A stretch of DNA of 64,000 nucleotides. Origin: a virus. Where the stretch lies: IMG/VR virus record IMGVR_UViG_3300049187_000041. One strand, 5' to 3'. The notes under the pieces are model-generated. The model was given only the letters and a program-made list of their open reading frames with translations, had not been told where the DNA came from and searched no databases. Shown in pieces: positions 34,722 through 43,423 of this stretch (its first letter is position 1; each line of letters opens with the position of its first letter). Made by a program: the position numbers and the translations under genes.

Positions 34722-36847
34722 TTCCGATACCTCTTCGCTTCAAAGCCTTCGGCGGCCAGCGGCATGCCGGCCGCCCACGGTGGCGCGGCGCACAGCAGCG
34801 CGGCCAGGCGTTCGCTGGTGAACTCGTCGGTGTCCGGCGCTTCGCAGACCACCTCGTCGTGCACGGTGGTCACGATCTCGAAGCCGGCGGCCTCGATCAG
34901 CGGCATGTTGTGCGCCATCACGTCACGCGCCACGGCCTGGCACACGTTCTCGAACAGCTTGCCGCCGTAGGTCTTCAGGCGCTGCCACTTCCGGCTGTAC
35001 TGGTTGATCCCCATGTAGGTGATCTCGCCGCCGTCGCCGACCTGTGGGTGCGGGTAGCACAGCGCGCGGCCCGAGGGCAGCACCAGGCGCAGCCAGGCGC
35101 CATCGCGGCGCACCTTGAGCTTGCCGCACACCAGCGTGACGCCGGGCGCGTTGATGGCCTCGCGCACGGTCTCGGCGAGCTGCTTCCAGTAGGCCGCGAT
35201 GTTGCCGTGGCCGCGCCGCCAGCCGCGTTTGAGCGCGTCGCAGGTCACGAACGCCTGGTCGGACAGCCCGAACGTCGAGCGCTTCTGATCGCGGGACCAT
35301 TGCAGGAAGCCCTGCGCCTCTTCGCGCAGATCGGCGGGCAGGGTGGGGTAGGCCGTGGCGCCCAGTGCTTCGAGGTCGACGCTGTAGGCGAGGGCGAACG
35401 TCACCCACGCGCCGACGCCGCCCTCGTACCCGAAGGCCAGCTCCTGCACCTTGCCGATCTGTCGCTGATCCTTCGTGACCTTGTCGACGGGTACGCCGAA
35501 CGACTTGCCGTAGGCGTATTTGTAGAGGTCGGGCCCGGTGCCGGCGTCGTACTCGCGGAAGGCCTGCAGCTTCCACTGCTCGCCGGCCAGCCAGGCCTGG
35601 TCGCGGCCCTCGATGTTCGACAGGTCGGCGCACACCAGCTTCTTGCCGGGCGGCGCGACGATCGCGCCGCGGATGGCCGACACGCAGACGTGCATGACGT
35701 TGTCGAACAGCAGGTGCTCGCAGTCCGCGAGCATCGCCTCGATGCCGAAGTCGATCTCGTCCTGCGGCAGCAGGCCGCGCGATGGCAAGTTCTGTGGCTG
35801 GAAGAGGCGGCCCGCCCACCGGCCGGTGCGCGAGGCGCCGGCGAACTGCAGCGTGCCGCGCAGCCGGCCGTCGCTGCTGGTGCCGCGCAGCAGCGTGTTG
35901 TACTTCGCGACGCTGGTGCTGCTGGCCTGCAGTCGGTTCTGCAGCAGTTCCTTCACCGCCCATGGCAGGGCCGGGTCTTCGATGCGGCGCTCAAGCGTCG
36001 ACATCTGCATGTCGGGCAGATCGACGCCGTACTCGGCGAGCAGGTGCTTCAGCAGCGCGTCGCGCTGGGTGGTCGCCTGCAGCTCGCCGTCGGTCAGCTC
36101 CTGGGCGCGCTCGGCCAGTGCAGCCTTCGCGCGGTCAGCGGCACGGATGGCCGCGTCGACGAGGCCCATGTCGATGCACATGCCGCGCTGGTTGATCGCC
36201 TGGTCGAGGTGCCAGAGCTCGAGCTCGCGGCCCTGGTAGTTCCACGCCGGCATGCGCTTGACGTTGGCCCGCATCGCGTGGATGTCGCCGCCGGCGTAGC
36301 GCACGAACTCGGCCCACTCGGCGGGGTGCGTCTCGCGCGTGGCGCGCCGCAGCTTCTGGTTCTCGGGCCGCGGCATGCAGAACAGCCGCACCAGGTCTTT
36401 GCCCTCGCGCTTGCGCTCGCTGTCGAGCGTCTGCAGCACCTCGCCCTGCTTCTCGAGGGCGCCCGGCAGGCTGTGCGCCAGGCCGCGGGCCATCGTGCAG
36501 CGCCAGCGCTTGATGTCACGAGCTGCGGCACGCTCGACCGTGCTGCCGGCGTGTAGGAGCACGGTGCGGTCGAAGCCGGCGTTGTGCGCAACACACTCGA
36601 CGTTAGGGTCGGTGAGCGCTCTGAACAGATCGTCGGGCATCGTGGGCGACGGCTCGGTCACGAACTCGTCGAGCAGTGGCTCCCAGTGGCCGACCGTGTC
36701 GCCGAGGACATCCCACACTTTGACGGGGCCGTCTTCGTCGATCGCATAGGCCCACAGCAGGATGTGAGCCGATTCCGCGTAGCGCCACGTGCCGTCACGC
36801 AGTGGCGTCTCGCAATAGGTCTCGAGGTCGAGGTAGAGACGGCTCAC
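34718..36847 (-). CDS. polA: Family A DNA polymerase (APSE/BPP-1 type)
   Basis: Exo LYLDLETY; motif A CADLSNIEGR; motif B RQIGKVQELAFGY (Leu at the 762-equivalent position, usual in temperate phages); motif C TVHDE. Confidence 0.95.
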   Translation of the reverse strand: MSRLYLDLETYCETPLRDGTWRYAESAHILLWAYAIDEDGPVKVWDVLGDTVGHWEPLLDEFVTEPSPTMPDDLFRALTDPNVECVAHNAGFDRTVLLHAGSTVERAAARDIKRWRCTMARGLAHSLPGALEKQGEVLQTLDSERKREGKDLVRLFCMPRPENQKLRRATRETHPAEWAEFVRYAGGDIHAMRANVKRMPAWNYQGRELELWHLDQAINQRGMCIDMGLVDAAIRAADRAKAALAERAQELTDGELQATTQRDALLKHLLAEYGVDLPDMQMSTLERRIEDPALPWAVKELLQNRLQASSTSVAKYNTLLRGTSSDGRLRGTLQFAGASRTGRWAGRLFQPQNLPSRGLLPQDEIDFGIEAMLADCEHLLFDNVMHVCVSAIRGAIVAPPGKKLVCADLSNIEGRDQAWLAGEQWKLQAFREYDAGTGPDLYKYAYGKSFGVPVDKVTKDQRQIGKVQELAFGYEGGVGAWVTFALAYSVDLEALGATAYPTLPADLREEAQGFLQWSRDQKRSTFGLSDQAFVTCDALKRGWRRGHGNIAAYWKQLAETVREAINAPGVTLVCGKLKVRRDGAWLRLVLPSGRALCYPHPQVGDGGEITYMGINQYSRKWQRLKTYGGKLFENVCQAVARDVMAHNMPLIEAAGFEIVTTVHDEVVCEAPDTDEFTSERLAALLCAAPPWAAGMPLAAEGFEAKRYRK

Positions 36848-37344
36848 GCTGCCCGCTCCCAGCGATAGCCGTAGGCCGACTTCTTTTTGCCGACGAGACA
36901 GTGGTGCACCGCGGAGGACGGGCGCCCGGTGAGTGCGATCTCGGCCGCGACCTGGCTCTCAAAGCGGACAGGTGCGCCGCCAGCGATGGGGGTGCCGATC
37001 ACAGCGCGGCTCGTGGGCTCCGGGCGCAGGCCGTTCGCGGCAGCGTGCGCGACGTTTCCTAAGCGCGTCGTCCACTCGAGGTTGTCAGCGGCGCAATTCG
37101 CCTTGACGCCGTCGCGGTGGTTGACTTCGGGCAGGTGCTCGGGGTTAGGCTTGAACGCTTGGGCGACCAGTCGGTGCACGAGGCGGTTCTGCTTGCCGTG
37201 GGGGTAGAGGCTGATGGTGATCTGCAGGTAGCCGCGGCCGTTGTCGTTCGTCTTCAGAACCTTGCCGCTCGGCCCGCGCACCCGGCCCTGATCGCTCACC
37301 TGGTATCGGCCTTCGTGGCCGGGGATGTCTCGCCAGTTTTCCAT
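36844..37344 (-). CDS. NUMOD4-HNH homing endonuclease
   Basis: WRDIPGHEGRYQVSDQGRVR; VHRLVAQAF..NP..LPEVNHRDG.K.N. Confidence 0.9.
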   Translation of the reverse strand: MENWRDIPGHEGRYQVSDQGRVRGPSGKVLKTNDNGRGYLQITISLYPHGKQNRLVHRLVAQAFKPNPEHLPEVNHRDGVKANCAADNLEWTTRLGNVAHAAANGLRPEPTSRAVIGTPIAGGAPVRFESQVAAEIALTGRPSSAVHHCLVGKKKSAYGYRWERAA

Positions 37345-37370
37345 GTCGTGTGTTCTCAGAAAAGCCGATT

Positions 37371-37568
37371 GCCCAGGATCGTCGCCATGTGGTTGCCAAC
37401 GTCCGCGACTCGAACCGGATGCGCGATGCCAAAACACTTACCGGGCACATCGCGCGGGTCTCCTGGGCCTTGTTCCCTCGGGGCTTAGGCGAAGGTAGGA
37501 GTAGGACGTTCCCGTCTGTTGGGTGAGGGGGCGTGTCCACCCGCTCACCGAACAGCCCCCGAAGGGGC
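37371..37568 (-). ncRNA. Candidate structured RNA between DUF2815 and HNH genes
   Basis: Several stacked hairpins, a cUUCGg loop and a T-loop GTTCGAGTC; structure inferred by eye. Confidence 0.35.
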
Positions 37569-37574
37569 GGAACT

Positions 37575-38129
37575 TCAGGCCAGGTCGGCAGCCGCGTCGG
37601 CGCCCTGACTGATGTCGTCGAAGTCGTCGGGGTTGGGCCGGCTGCCACCGCCGAACGAGTCGCCGTCGCGGAAGAACTGGACGCCCAGCAGTTCGCAGCG
37701 CACGGCCTTGCCGTGGTTGTTGTCCTGGCACCAGAACGACACGCTCGCGTTCACGTAGCAGCCGGCATAGAGCACGCCGGTGTCGGTGTCGAGCAGGTTC
37801 TTCTGGCGGTCGTAGCGCAGCGGCGGGCCCTTCTTCTCGGGGCGGCCTGCCGACAGCGCCCACATGCCCTCATAGCCGTCGTAGGTGCGCTTCGCGCCGT
37901 CGATGAAGCAGTGCTTCTGCGGGATGCCCTCGTTCGCCTTCAGGATCGCCGCGGCCTTGGCGCCCCACTTGGCGACGGCCACGCGCGTGATCTCTTCGTC
38001 GATCTGCTTGCGCAGCGGCGAGTCGGCGGGCACGAGGAACTGGGCGCCGTACTTCGGCTCGCCCTGGCCGTTGACGGTCTCGGCGGTGAAGAGGGTAGGG
38101 AACGAGAGACGAACGTCGGTGAGTTTCAT
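37575..38129 (-). CDS. DUF2815 ssDNA-binding protein
   Basis: MKLTDVRLSFP.LF; YAGCYVNA; GVQF.RDGD.FGG; acidic tail. Confidence 0.9.
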   Translation of the reverse strand: MKLTDVRLSFPTLFTAETVNGQGEPKYGAQFLVPADSPLRKQIDEEITRVAVAKWGAKAAAILKANEGIPQKHCFIDGAKRTYDGYEGMWALSAGRPEKKGPPLRYDRQKNLLDTDTGVLYAGCYVNASVSFWCQDNNHGKAVRCELLGVQFFRDGDSFGGGSRPNPDDFDDISQGADAAADLA

Positions 38130-38140
38130 GATGGGGTCTT

Positions 38141-39409
38141 TCAGCAGAGTTCGAGACCGGCTTCGGCCTCTTGGGTTTCAGGGATCGGTGCGAAGTCGTC
38201 GGCCGCGTTGGGCGGCACGTAGGCGTCGCGCTTGTCGGAGACCGGCGCGACGCTGGGCTTAGACTCACTGCGCGTGATCAGCGCCTCGGCTTTCTTCCAC
38301 TGGCGGTCGCCGATGTCGCCGGCCTTCTTTAACTTCTCGGCCGTGGTCGGACTGATCAACGTCAGGTCGTAGGCCTTCTCGACCGGCAGGCGGAACTGCT
38401 TGCGCAGCATTTCCTCGGCGGCCTTCTCGTCGGCCCACTTGCGGTTGCCTTGCTTGCCGAGCACGAGCTTGAAGCCCGGCACCGGCTTGCCGGCCAGCAG
38501 GCGACGCTCGGTCTCAGCGCGGACGGCCTTGCAGAAGTCCTCGACGAGGCCGATCTTCTCCATCTGCTTCGACAGCAGGGACTCATCGTCCGTCGCGACC
38601 TGCGGCACCGACTCGACGACCGTGAAGTCCATGCCGACGGTCTGCTCGATCGCGGCACGCATGCTCGGGCACGTCGCCATGGCCTTGCAGTAGCGGCAGG
38701 CGTCCTCGCTCGGGTTCTGGTTCAGGAAGGTGGCGTTCCACTTGTACGCGTCGACCTTGCCGTGCATCTGGATCGCGTTCTGCACGCTGGCCGCACGGCT
38801 GCGGGCTTCCTTGCCGAAGGCCAGCAGGTCGTCGATGCTGCAGTCCCACTCGCGGGCCTTGCGCTGGTGGATCACGAGCCGCACGCGGGCGATGTCGTAG
38901 ACCATGTCGAACTCGGCCAGCGCGCCCAGCGCGTACAGCATCAACTGCTTGTTGCGCTCGGGGCTCACCTCGTGATAGCCGGTCTTGCGGTCGACGATGA
39001 TCAGCTCGTAGCCGGCCAGCATCGGGCTCAACACGATCGCGTCGGCGGTGCCGAAGCTGTCGCCCTTGACCTGGGTGTAGGTCTCGAAGTTGACGACGCG
39101 CTCGACGAACAGTTCGCCGCCCTCGGCCAGGCTGCTCACGGTGTCGACGTAGTCCTGGTCCTCTTCGACCCACTCGGGCTTGTAGGTGACGGTCTTGTCG
39201 GCGCTGACGGTGATGTCGCTGCCCACGGCGTCGGCCACCGGCCGGCCGGTGACCAGGCTGTCGGCGCAGACGTTATGCCGCGCCGTGCCGTCGCTGCTGT
39301 AGTCGGTGTCCTGGTCGGGAAACTCCGACTCCATCACGATGCGACCCGGGCAGGCGAACCAGCCCTCGGCGCCGCTGGGGCTGCAGGTCTTGGCGTGGAT
39401 GTCAGGCAT
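38141..39409 (-). CDS. DUF2800 PD-(D/E)xK (Cas4-like) exonuclease
   Basis: HA..SPS.A..W..CPG; FGTADA; IVDRKTG; QLMLYALGA; C.YCKA. Confidence 0.9.
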   Translation of the reverse strand: MPDIHAKTCSPSGAEGWFACPGRIVMESEFPDQDTDYSSDGTARHNVCADSLVTGRPVADAVGSDITVSADKTVTYKPEWVEEDQDYVDTVSSLAEGGELFVERVVNFETYTQVKGDSFGTADAIVLSPMLAGYELIIVDRKTGYHEVSPERNKQLMLYALGALAEFDMVYDIARVRLVIHQRKAREWDCSIDDLLAFGKEARSRAASVQNAIQMHGKVDAYKWNATFLNQNPSEDACRYCKAMATCPSMRAAIEQTVGMDFTVVESVPQVATDDESLLSKQMEKIGLVEDFCKAVRAETERRLLAGKPVPGFKLVLGKQGNRKWADEKAAEEMLRKQFRLPVEKAYDLTLISPTTAEKLKKAGDIGDRQWKKAEALITRSESKPSVAPVSDKRDAYVPPNAADDFAPIPETQEAEAGLELC

Positions 39410-39479
39410 TGCGAGCCCTCCGCAACGCCGCGAACATCTCGCGGAACGACCGCTTCAGGAGGTAGAGGGCGAAGCTCAC
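39402..39479 (-). CDS. 25-aa translationally coupled micro-ORF
   Basis: VSFALYLLKRSFREMFAALRRARNA; overlaps both neighbours (GTGA, ATGCCTGA). Confidence 0.35.
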   Translation of the reverse strand: MSFALYLLKRSFREMFAALRRARNA

Positions 39480-39997
39480 GCCGCCACCCCTTGGGCTTCC
39501 TTCGCGGCGGCCAGGAAGTCGGCGTAGGACTCGAGCGGCAGCTTCGTGCCGTGGTCGCACGGCTCGCCGTTCTGGCCCTTGAACTTGGCGAGCGTGTCCT
39601 TCGCGAGCTGCGGCGAGATCTTCGCCAGCGCCAGCACCGCGGCCTTCACGTCGTTGTAGTCGGGGCCCTTGGCTTCAGAAGGGGACGCAGCGGCAGGCGC
39701 TGATGGGGACGCCGCAGTCGAGGCAGCGGGGGCCGGGCCGGCCGCAGCAGACTTTTCCACCTGCGCGGCGGCTTCCTTCTTCGGCTTGGGCGCCGGCGTC
39801 TTCACCTCGGGCTCGTCGACCGTAGGCAGCAACGGAAGCTGCAGGTCCGGGCCGGCCGCTTCGGTCGGCTGCAGCTTGCCGACGATCAGCGTCAGCGCGG
39901 CCAGGGTCTTCGTACTGATGTGCACATGGCCCCCGGGCAGCGCCAGCGAAGCGCTGAAGCCGGTCTCGGGGATGTAGGTCGTCGCGGTTTCGCTCAC
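39476..39997 (-). CDS. Ala/Pro-rich hypothetical protein (usual upstream neighbour of DUF2800)
   Basis: GTG start with AAGGA RBS; C-terminal helical domain. Confidence 0.7.
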   Translation of the reverse strand: MSETATTYIPETGFSASLALPGGHVHISTKTLAALTLIVGKLQPTEAAGPDLQLPLLPTVDEPEVKTPAPKPKKEAAAQVEKSAAAGPAPAASTAASPSAPAAASPSEAKGPDYNDVKAAVLALAKISPQLAKDTLAKFKGQNGEPCDHGTKLPLESYADFLAAAKEAQGVAA

Positions 39998-40021
39998 AGT
40001 GGTTCCTTTCGTTGGAGTGAG

Positions 40022-40282
40022 TCAGGAGAGTTCGCGCAGCTTCACGCGAAGCTGGTCGCGCTCGATGCACAGGTCGGTGTAGAAATCGGTGAGGCCTTCG
40101 GCCGCGAGCATGTCGCGGTCGTGGATCGCGTCGGCGATGTCGTCGCACACGTCGCGGATCTCGGCGAGGACGAGGGCCAGCTTGAAGCGGGCGTACCAGC
40201 GCCGCACGGCGCGCACGGGTGGCGTGTCGACCAGGGCGCCGAGCGCGAGGCCCGCGGTCAGGGCGATCACGTCGCGGATCAT
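40022..40282 (-). CDS. Hypothetical protein with N-terminal hydrophobic helix
   Basis: MIRDVIALTAGLALGAL; ATGA overlap. Confidence 0.6.
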   Translation of the reverse strand: MIRDVIALTAGLALGALVDTPPVRAVRRWYARFKLALVLAEIRDVCDDIADAIHDRDMLAAEGLTDFYTDLCIERDQLRVKLRELS

Positions 40283-40776
40283 GTTGCTTCTCCTACGGCG
40301 ATCGCGTGGTGCGTGCGCTTTCCGGTCAGGTACGCAACGTGCGCCTGCTCCGGCGTTGCGTAGGTGCCGAGGTGGTAGGTCACGCCGCGGCATTTCAGAC
40401 GTGCACCGAAACGTCCGGTTCGGTCGCGGTAGACGCCGCGGTAGCCTGTCGTACTGTTCTTCTGGGGGTGGTGCTGGTTCTGCAGGTTGACCGCATTGGT
40501 CACGTCGCGCAGGTTCGCGATGCGGTTGTCCGCGCGGTCTTCGTTGCGGTGGTCGATGAAGCGCTCGGGCCACACGCCGTGCACGTACAGCCACGCGAGG
40601 CGATGGGCGAGGTGCGACTCAAACACCCGAATCACGACGTACCCGTCAGGGCGCACATAGCCGGCCCGCTGACCGACCTTCACGCAACGAGCGCGCGGGT
40701 GCGGCTTGCGCCAAGTGAACACCCCGGTCAGCGGGTCGTAGTGCAGCGCCTCGCGCAAGACTTCAGCGGTCAGCAT
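40279..40776 (-). CDS. HNH-AP2 homing endonuclease
   Basis: L.YDP.TG.F.W; HRLAW.Y..G.WP..IDH.N..R.DNR..NLR; TGYRGV AP2 domain. Confidence 0.9.
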   Translation of the reverse strand: MLTAEVLREALHYDPLTGVFTWRKPHPRARCVKVGQRAGYVRPDGYVVIRVFESHLAHRLAWLYVHGVWPERFIDHRNEDRADNRIANLRDVTNAVNLQNQHHPQKNSTTGYRGVYRDRTGRFGARLKCRGVTYHLGTYATPEQAHVAYLTGKRTHHAIAVGEAT

Positions 40777-40955
40777 GGGCGCACCGCCAGAATGAGAACG
40801 GCGATCTCCGGGGCTACCCCTTGTTTTTTCAACTGCCGGGCCACGGTCTGCACGCCGGCTGTCGCGGCGCGCTCGCGGTACTTCTTCAGGAAGTAGTCGC
40901 CGACTGCGCGGGCCTGTGCGGCGGGCTCGCTGGGCTTCAGTTCGGATGTGAGCAT
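40770..40955 (-). CDS. Small early protein, first gene of leftward operon
   Basis: GAAGGGG RBS; 61 aa. Confidence 0.6.
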   Translation of the reverse strand: MLTSELKPSEPAAQARAVGDYFLKKYRERAATAGVQTVARQLKKQGVAPEIAVLILAVRPC

Positions 40956-40969
40956 GTCCGGTTCCCCTT

Positions 40970-41055
40970 CCAGCACTTGCTAAAAGTGTGCTGGTGTGAA
41001 CGGACTATAGGCCCCCGCGCTTAAAAAATGCAAGCAAATTTTTAGCAGGGGCTAA
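40970..41055 (-). promoter_or_regulatory. PL-like promoter with two operators
   Basis: TTGCAT-N18-TATAGT (41033-41004); CCAGCACTTGCTAA at 40970; TTAGCAGGGGCTAA at 41042. Confidence 0.7.
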
Positions 41056-41065
41056 CACCTACGGC

Positions 41066-41092
41066 AAAAGAAAAGCCGCCCGGAGGCGGCTT
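41066..41092 (-). terminator. Rho-independent terminator of repressor operon
   Basis: AAGCCGCC-TCCG-GGCGGCTT followed by TTCTTTT on minus strand. Confidence 0.75.
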
Positions 41093-41113
41093 GTGCAGGG
41101 AGAGCGGCGTCTG

Positions 41114-41281
41114 TCAGCGCAGTGCGAGGACCGCGAGCCCGATGGCCCCGGCGATGACGACGCCGGCCAGGGTCCACTTCACGATGCGCATGTCGCGCCG
41201 GATGTCGGCGAGGGGGTCGTCGAACAGCCCGCCCTCTTCGACCAGGTACTTGATCCGCTGCGTGATGAGCTCGCTGTGCAT
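41114..41281 (-). CDS. 55-aa membrane protein downstream of repressor (not in ORF track)
   Basis: MHSELITQRIKYLVEEGGLFDDPLADIRRDMRIVKWTLAGVVIAGAIGLAVLALR. Confidence 0.6.
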   Translation of the reverse strand: MHSELITQRIKYLVEEGGLFDDPLADIRRDMRIVKWTLAGVVIAGAIGLAVLALR

Positions 41282-41284
41282 CTA

Positions 41285-41704
41285 CTACCCTACGAGTTTT
41301 AGAAGACGCTGCACGTAGTCGCGTTCGACCTTGCCCGTGGCCGCGGCGCGCTCGTATGCCAGTGATACAACCTCGGCGGTCTTGTCCGCAGAGGGCCTTT
41401 GACCGGCATCTTCCAGCACAGCCATCACGACCCGGATGACTTCGGCGACCAGCGGCGCCTGCACGTCGCTGGACGGCGTCGGACCTTCCTGGTCGAGGTA
41501 GCCGTCGGGCAGGCCGAGCATCTTCTCCATCGCGCGGGCGACGTTCTCGCTGATGTCCCGGCTGGGCGTCGGACCGGCCACCTGGCTCAGGTAGCTGCCG
41601 GTCGAGTACCCCAGCTTCTTCGCCAGTGCCCCCGGGCCGCCGCGGGCGCGCATCAACTCGCGTAGCCGCTGGCGGCGGATGTCTAGAACGTTACTTTTAG
41701 GCAT
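41285..41704 (-). CDS. cI: CI-like repressor (XRE HTH)
   Basis: RRQRLRELM...GALAKKLG..SYLSQ; divergent from cro; no peptidase S24 domain visible. Confidence 0.8.
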   Translation of the reverse strand: MPKSNVLDIRRQRLRELMRARGGPGALAKKLGYSTGSYLSQVAGPTPSRDISENVARAMEKMLGLPDGYLDQEGPTPSSDVQAPLVAEVIRVVMAVLEDAGQRPSADKTAEVVSLAYERAAATGKVERDYVQRLLKLVG

Positions 41705-41767
41705 GGGTGAGTACGTAGCATGTTGTGAAAGGGCTGCGCAAGGGTTTTCGCCCGGGTTGTGTAACTT

Positions 41768-41846
41768 TAAGCAAGTGCTAATATCCTAGGGATGAAAGAC
41801 GCAGTTCGAACGGCAACCCGCAGCCGATTATCCCAGCAATTGCTAA
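41768..41846 (+). promoter_or_regulatory. PR-region operators
   Basis: TAAGCAAGTGCTAA at 41768; CCAGCAATTGCTAA at 41833. Confidence 0.65.
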
Positions 41847-41889
41847 CGCAATACGTGTGCCAGTTCCTACAAACATGGGAGGCGCTGCA

Positions 41890-42195
41890 ATGAACGACAC
41901 CCTGAAGCGCTGGCTGCGGGCCGCCACGGCGGCCGAGCAGACCGAGCTGGCCGACGCCGTCGGCACCAGCACCAACACCCTGGAGCAGTACGCCTGCCGG
42001 CACCGCAAGCCCAGCGCCGAGCGCGCCGTCGCGATCGAACTGGCCGCCGCGCCCATCACGCGCCGCAGCAAGGGCCGCCTGCCGCGCCTGCTGCGTACCG
42101 ACATGGCGTCGGCCTGCTCCCAGTGCGAGTTCGCCCGCAAGTGCCTGGGCATGGCCGCCGTCGCGTCGGACTTCGACGCCGTGCCCAAGGACTGA
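41890..42195 (+). CDS. cro: Cro-like regulator
   Basis: LADAVGTSTNTLEQYA..HRKPSAERA..IE; C-terminal CxxC. Confidence 0.75.
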   Translation: MNDTLKRWLRAATAAEQTELADAVGTSTNTLEQYACRHRKPSAERAVAIELAAAPITRRSKGRLPRLLRTDMASACSQCEFARKCLGMAAVASDFDAVPKD

Positions 42196-42409
42196 CCCCC
42201 TAGAGCGCTTGCTCAAGCGGGCACCCCGCCTGCTACCCGGGTAAAACCTGCTGAAAGTATTTCAGCAACTGCGCAAAACCCGGCGTACCATTAGCACCGC
42301 CAACTTCTGATATGTGTGCCCCAAGGTGGGGACCGGGGCCCGTACACACGGGGGAGGTTGGCGCTTTCGCCCGGTCTCCACCTTGGGGCTTTCTTCTTGA
42401 AAGCGCCCT

Positions 42410-43423
42410 TTGAAGCCCTACGAACTTCTGCACGCCGACTGCATCGCTGCCATGTCGCTCGTGATCGAACCGGGCAGCGTCGACGCGATCGTCACCGACC
42501 CGCCCTACGAGCTGGGGTTCATGGGCAAGGGCTGGGACAGCACCGGCATCGCGAACAACCCGGCCATGTGGCGCGCGGCGTTCGACTGCTTGAAGCCTGG
42601 CGGCCACCTGCTCGCGTTCAGCGGCACGCGGACCTACCACCGCATGGTGTGCGCGATCGAGGACGCCGGGTTCGAGATCCGCGATCAGATCGGCTGGGCC
42701 TACGGCTCGGGCTTTCCTAAGTCGCTGGACGTGAGCAAGGCTATTGGCGAGAGCTATCGAGCCCCGGCTTGGCAAGGCTGGGGCACCGCCCTGAAACCCG
42801 CCTGGGAGCCGATCTGCGTGGCCCGCAAGCCGCTGACCGGGACCGTCGCGGCCAACGTGCTGGCGCACGGCACGGGCGCGCTGAACATCGACGGGTGCCG
42901 TGTTGCGCACTGGGGTGGCGACCCGTCAGTCCAGGACTATGCGTCAACGGTCTCTCCACCGCGTGGCCGCTGGCCGGCCAACCTGGTCCATGACGGCAGT
43001 GACGAGGTGCTGGCGGCGTTCCCGGACAGCAACGGCAGCGGCCCGGCGCGCAAGCTGAAGCGTGGCGAGCGTGAAGACGGCGCCGGCTGGGGCATGGCTG
43101 GCGCCGATGGCGAGCTGCGTGACGCTGGTACCGGCAGCGCCGCCCGGTTCTTCTACTGCGCCAAGGCCAGCAAATCCGACCGCGGCGAAGGCAACGTCCA
43201 CCCCACGGTGAAGCCCACCGAATTGATGCGCTACCTGTGCCGACTGATCACGCCGCCGGGCGGCGTGGTACTGGACCCATTCACCGGCTCGGGCAGCACC
43301 GGCAAGGCCGCGGTGCTCGAAGGCTTCCGGTTCGTCGGGTGCGAACTGTCCGACGAGTACGTGCGGATCGCCGAGGCCCGCATCGCCCACGCCTGGACGT
43401 CGACGATCAAGGCCGCGGCATGA
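42410..43423 (+). CDS. DNA N6-adenine/N4-cytosine methyltransferase (orphan)
   Basis: TTG start; VTDPPY; HPTVKP; VLDPFTGSGSTG. Confidence 0.92.
   Translation: MKPYELLHADCIAAMSLVIEPGSVDAIVTDPPYELGFMGKGWDSTGIANNPAMWRAAFDCLKPGGHLLAFSGTRTYHRMVCAIEDAGFEIRDQIGWAYGSGFPKSLDVSKAIGESYRAPAWQGWGTALKPAWEPICVARKPLTGTVAANVLAHGTGALNIDGCRVAHWGGDPSVQDYASTVSPPRGRWPANLVHDGSDEVLAAFPDSNGSGPARKLKRGEREDGAGWGMAGADGELRDAGTGSAARFFYCAKASKSDRGEGNVHPTVKPTELMRYLCRLITPPGGVVLDPFTGSGSTGKAAVLEGFRFVGCELSDEYVRIAEARIAHAWTSTIKAAA

Noticed and set aside
37389-37420. tRNA gene suggested by GTTCGAGTC and ACCA
   Set aside because: T-stem has a bulge and there is no matching acceptor 5' strand, D-arm or anticodon arm; kept only as a structured-RNA candidate
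38141-39409. CRISPR-Cas (Cas4-like nuclease)
   Set aside because: DUF2800 is a standard gene of this replication module; no repeat-spacer array or other cas genes seen in the window
42410-43423. Restriction-modification system
   Set aside because: No adjacent restriction endonuclease; orphan MTases are routine in phage early regions
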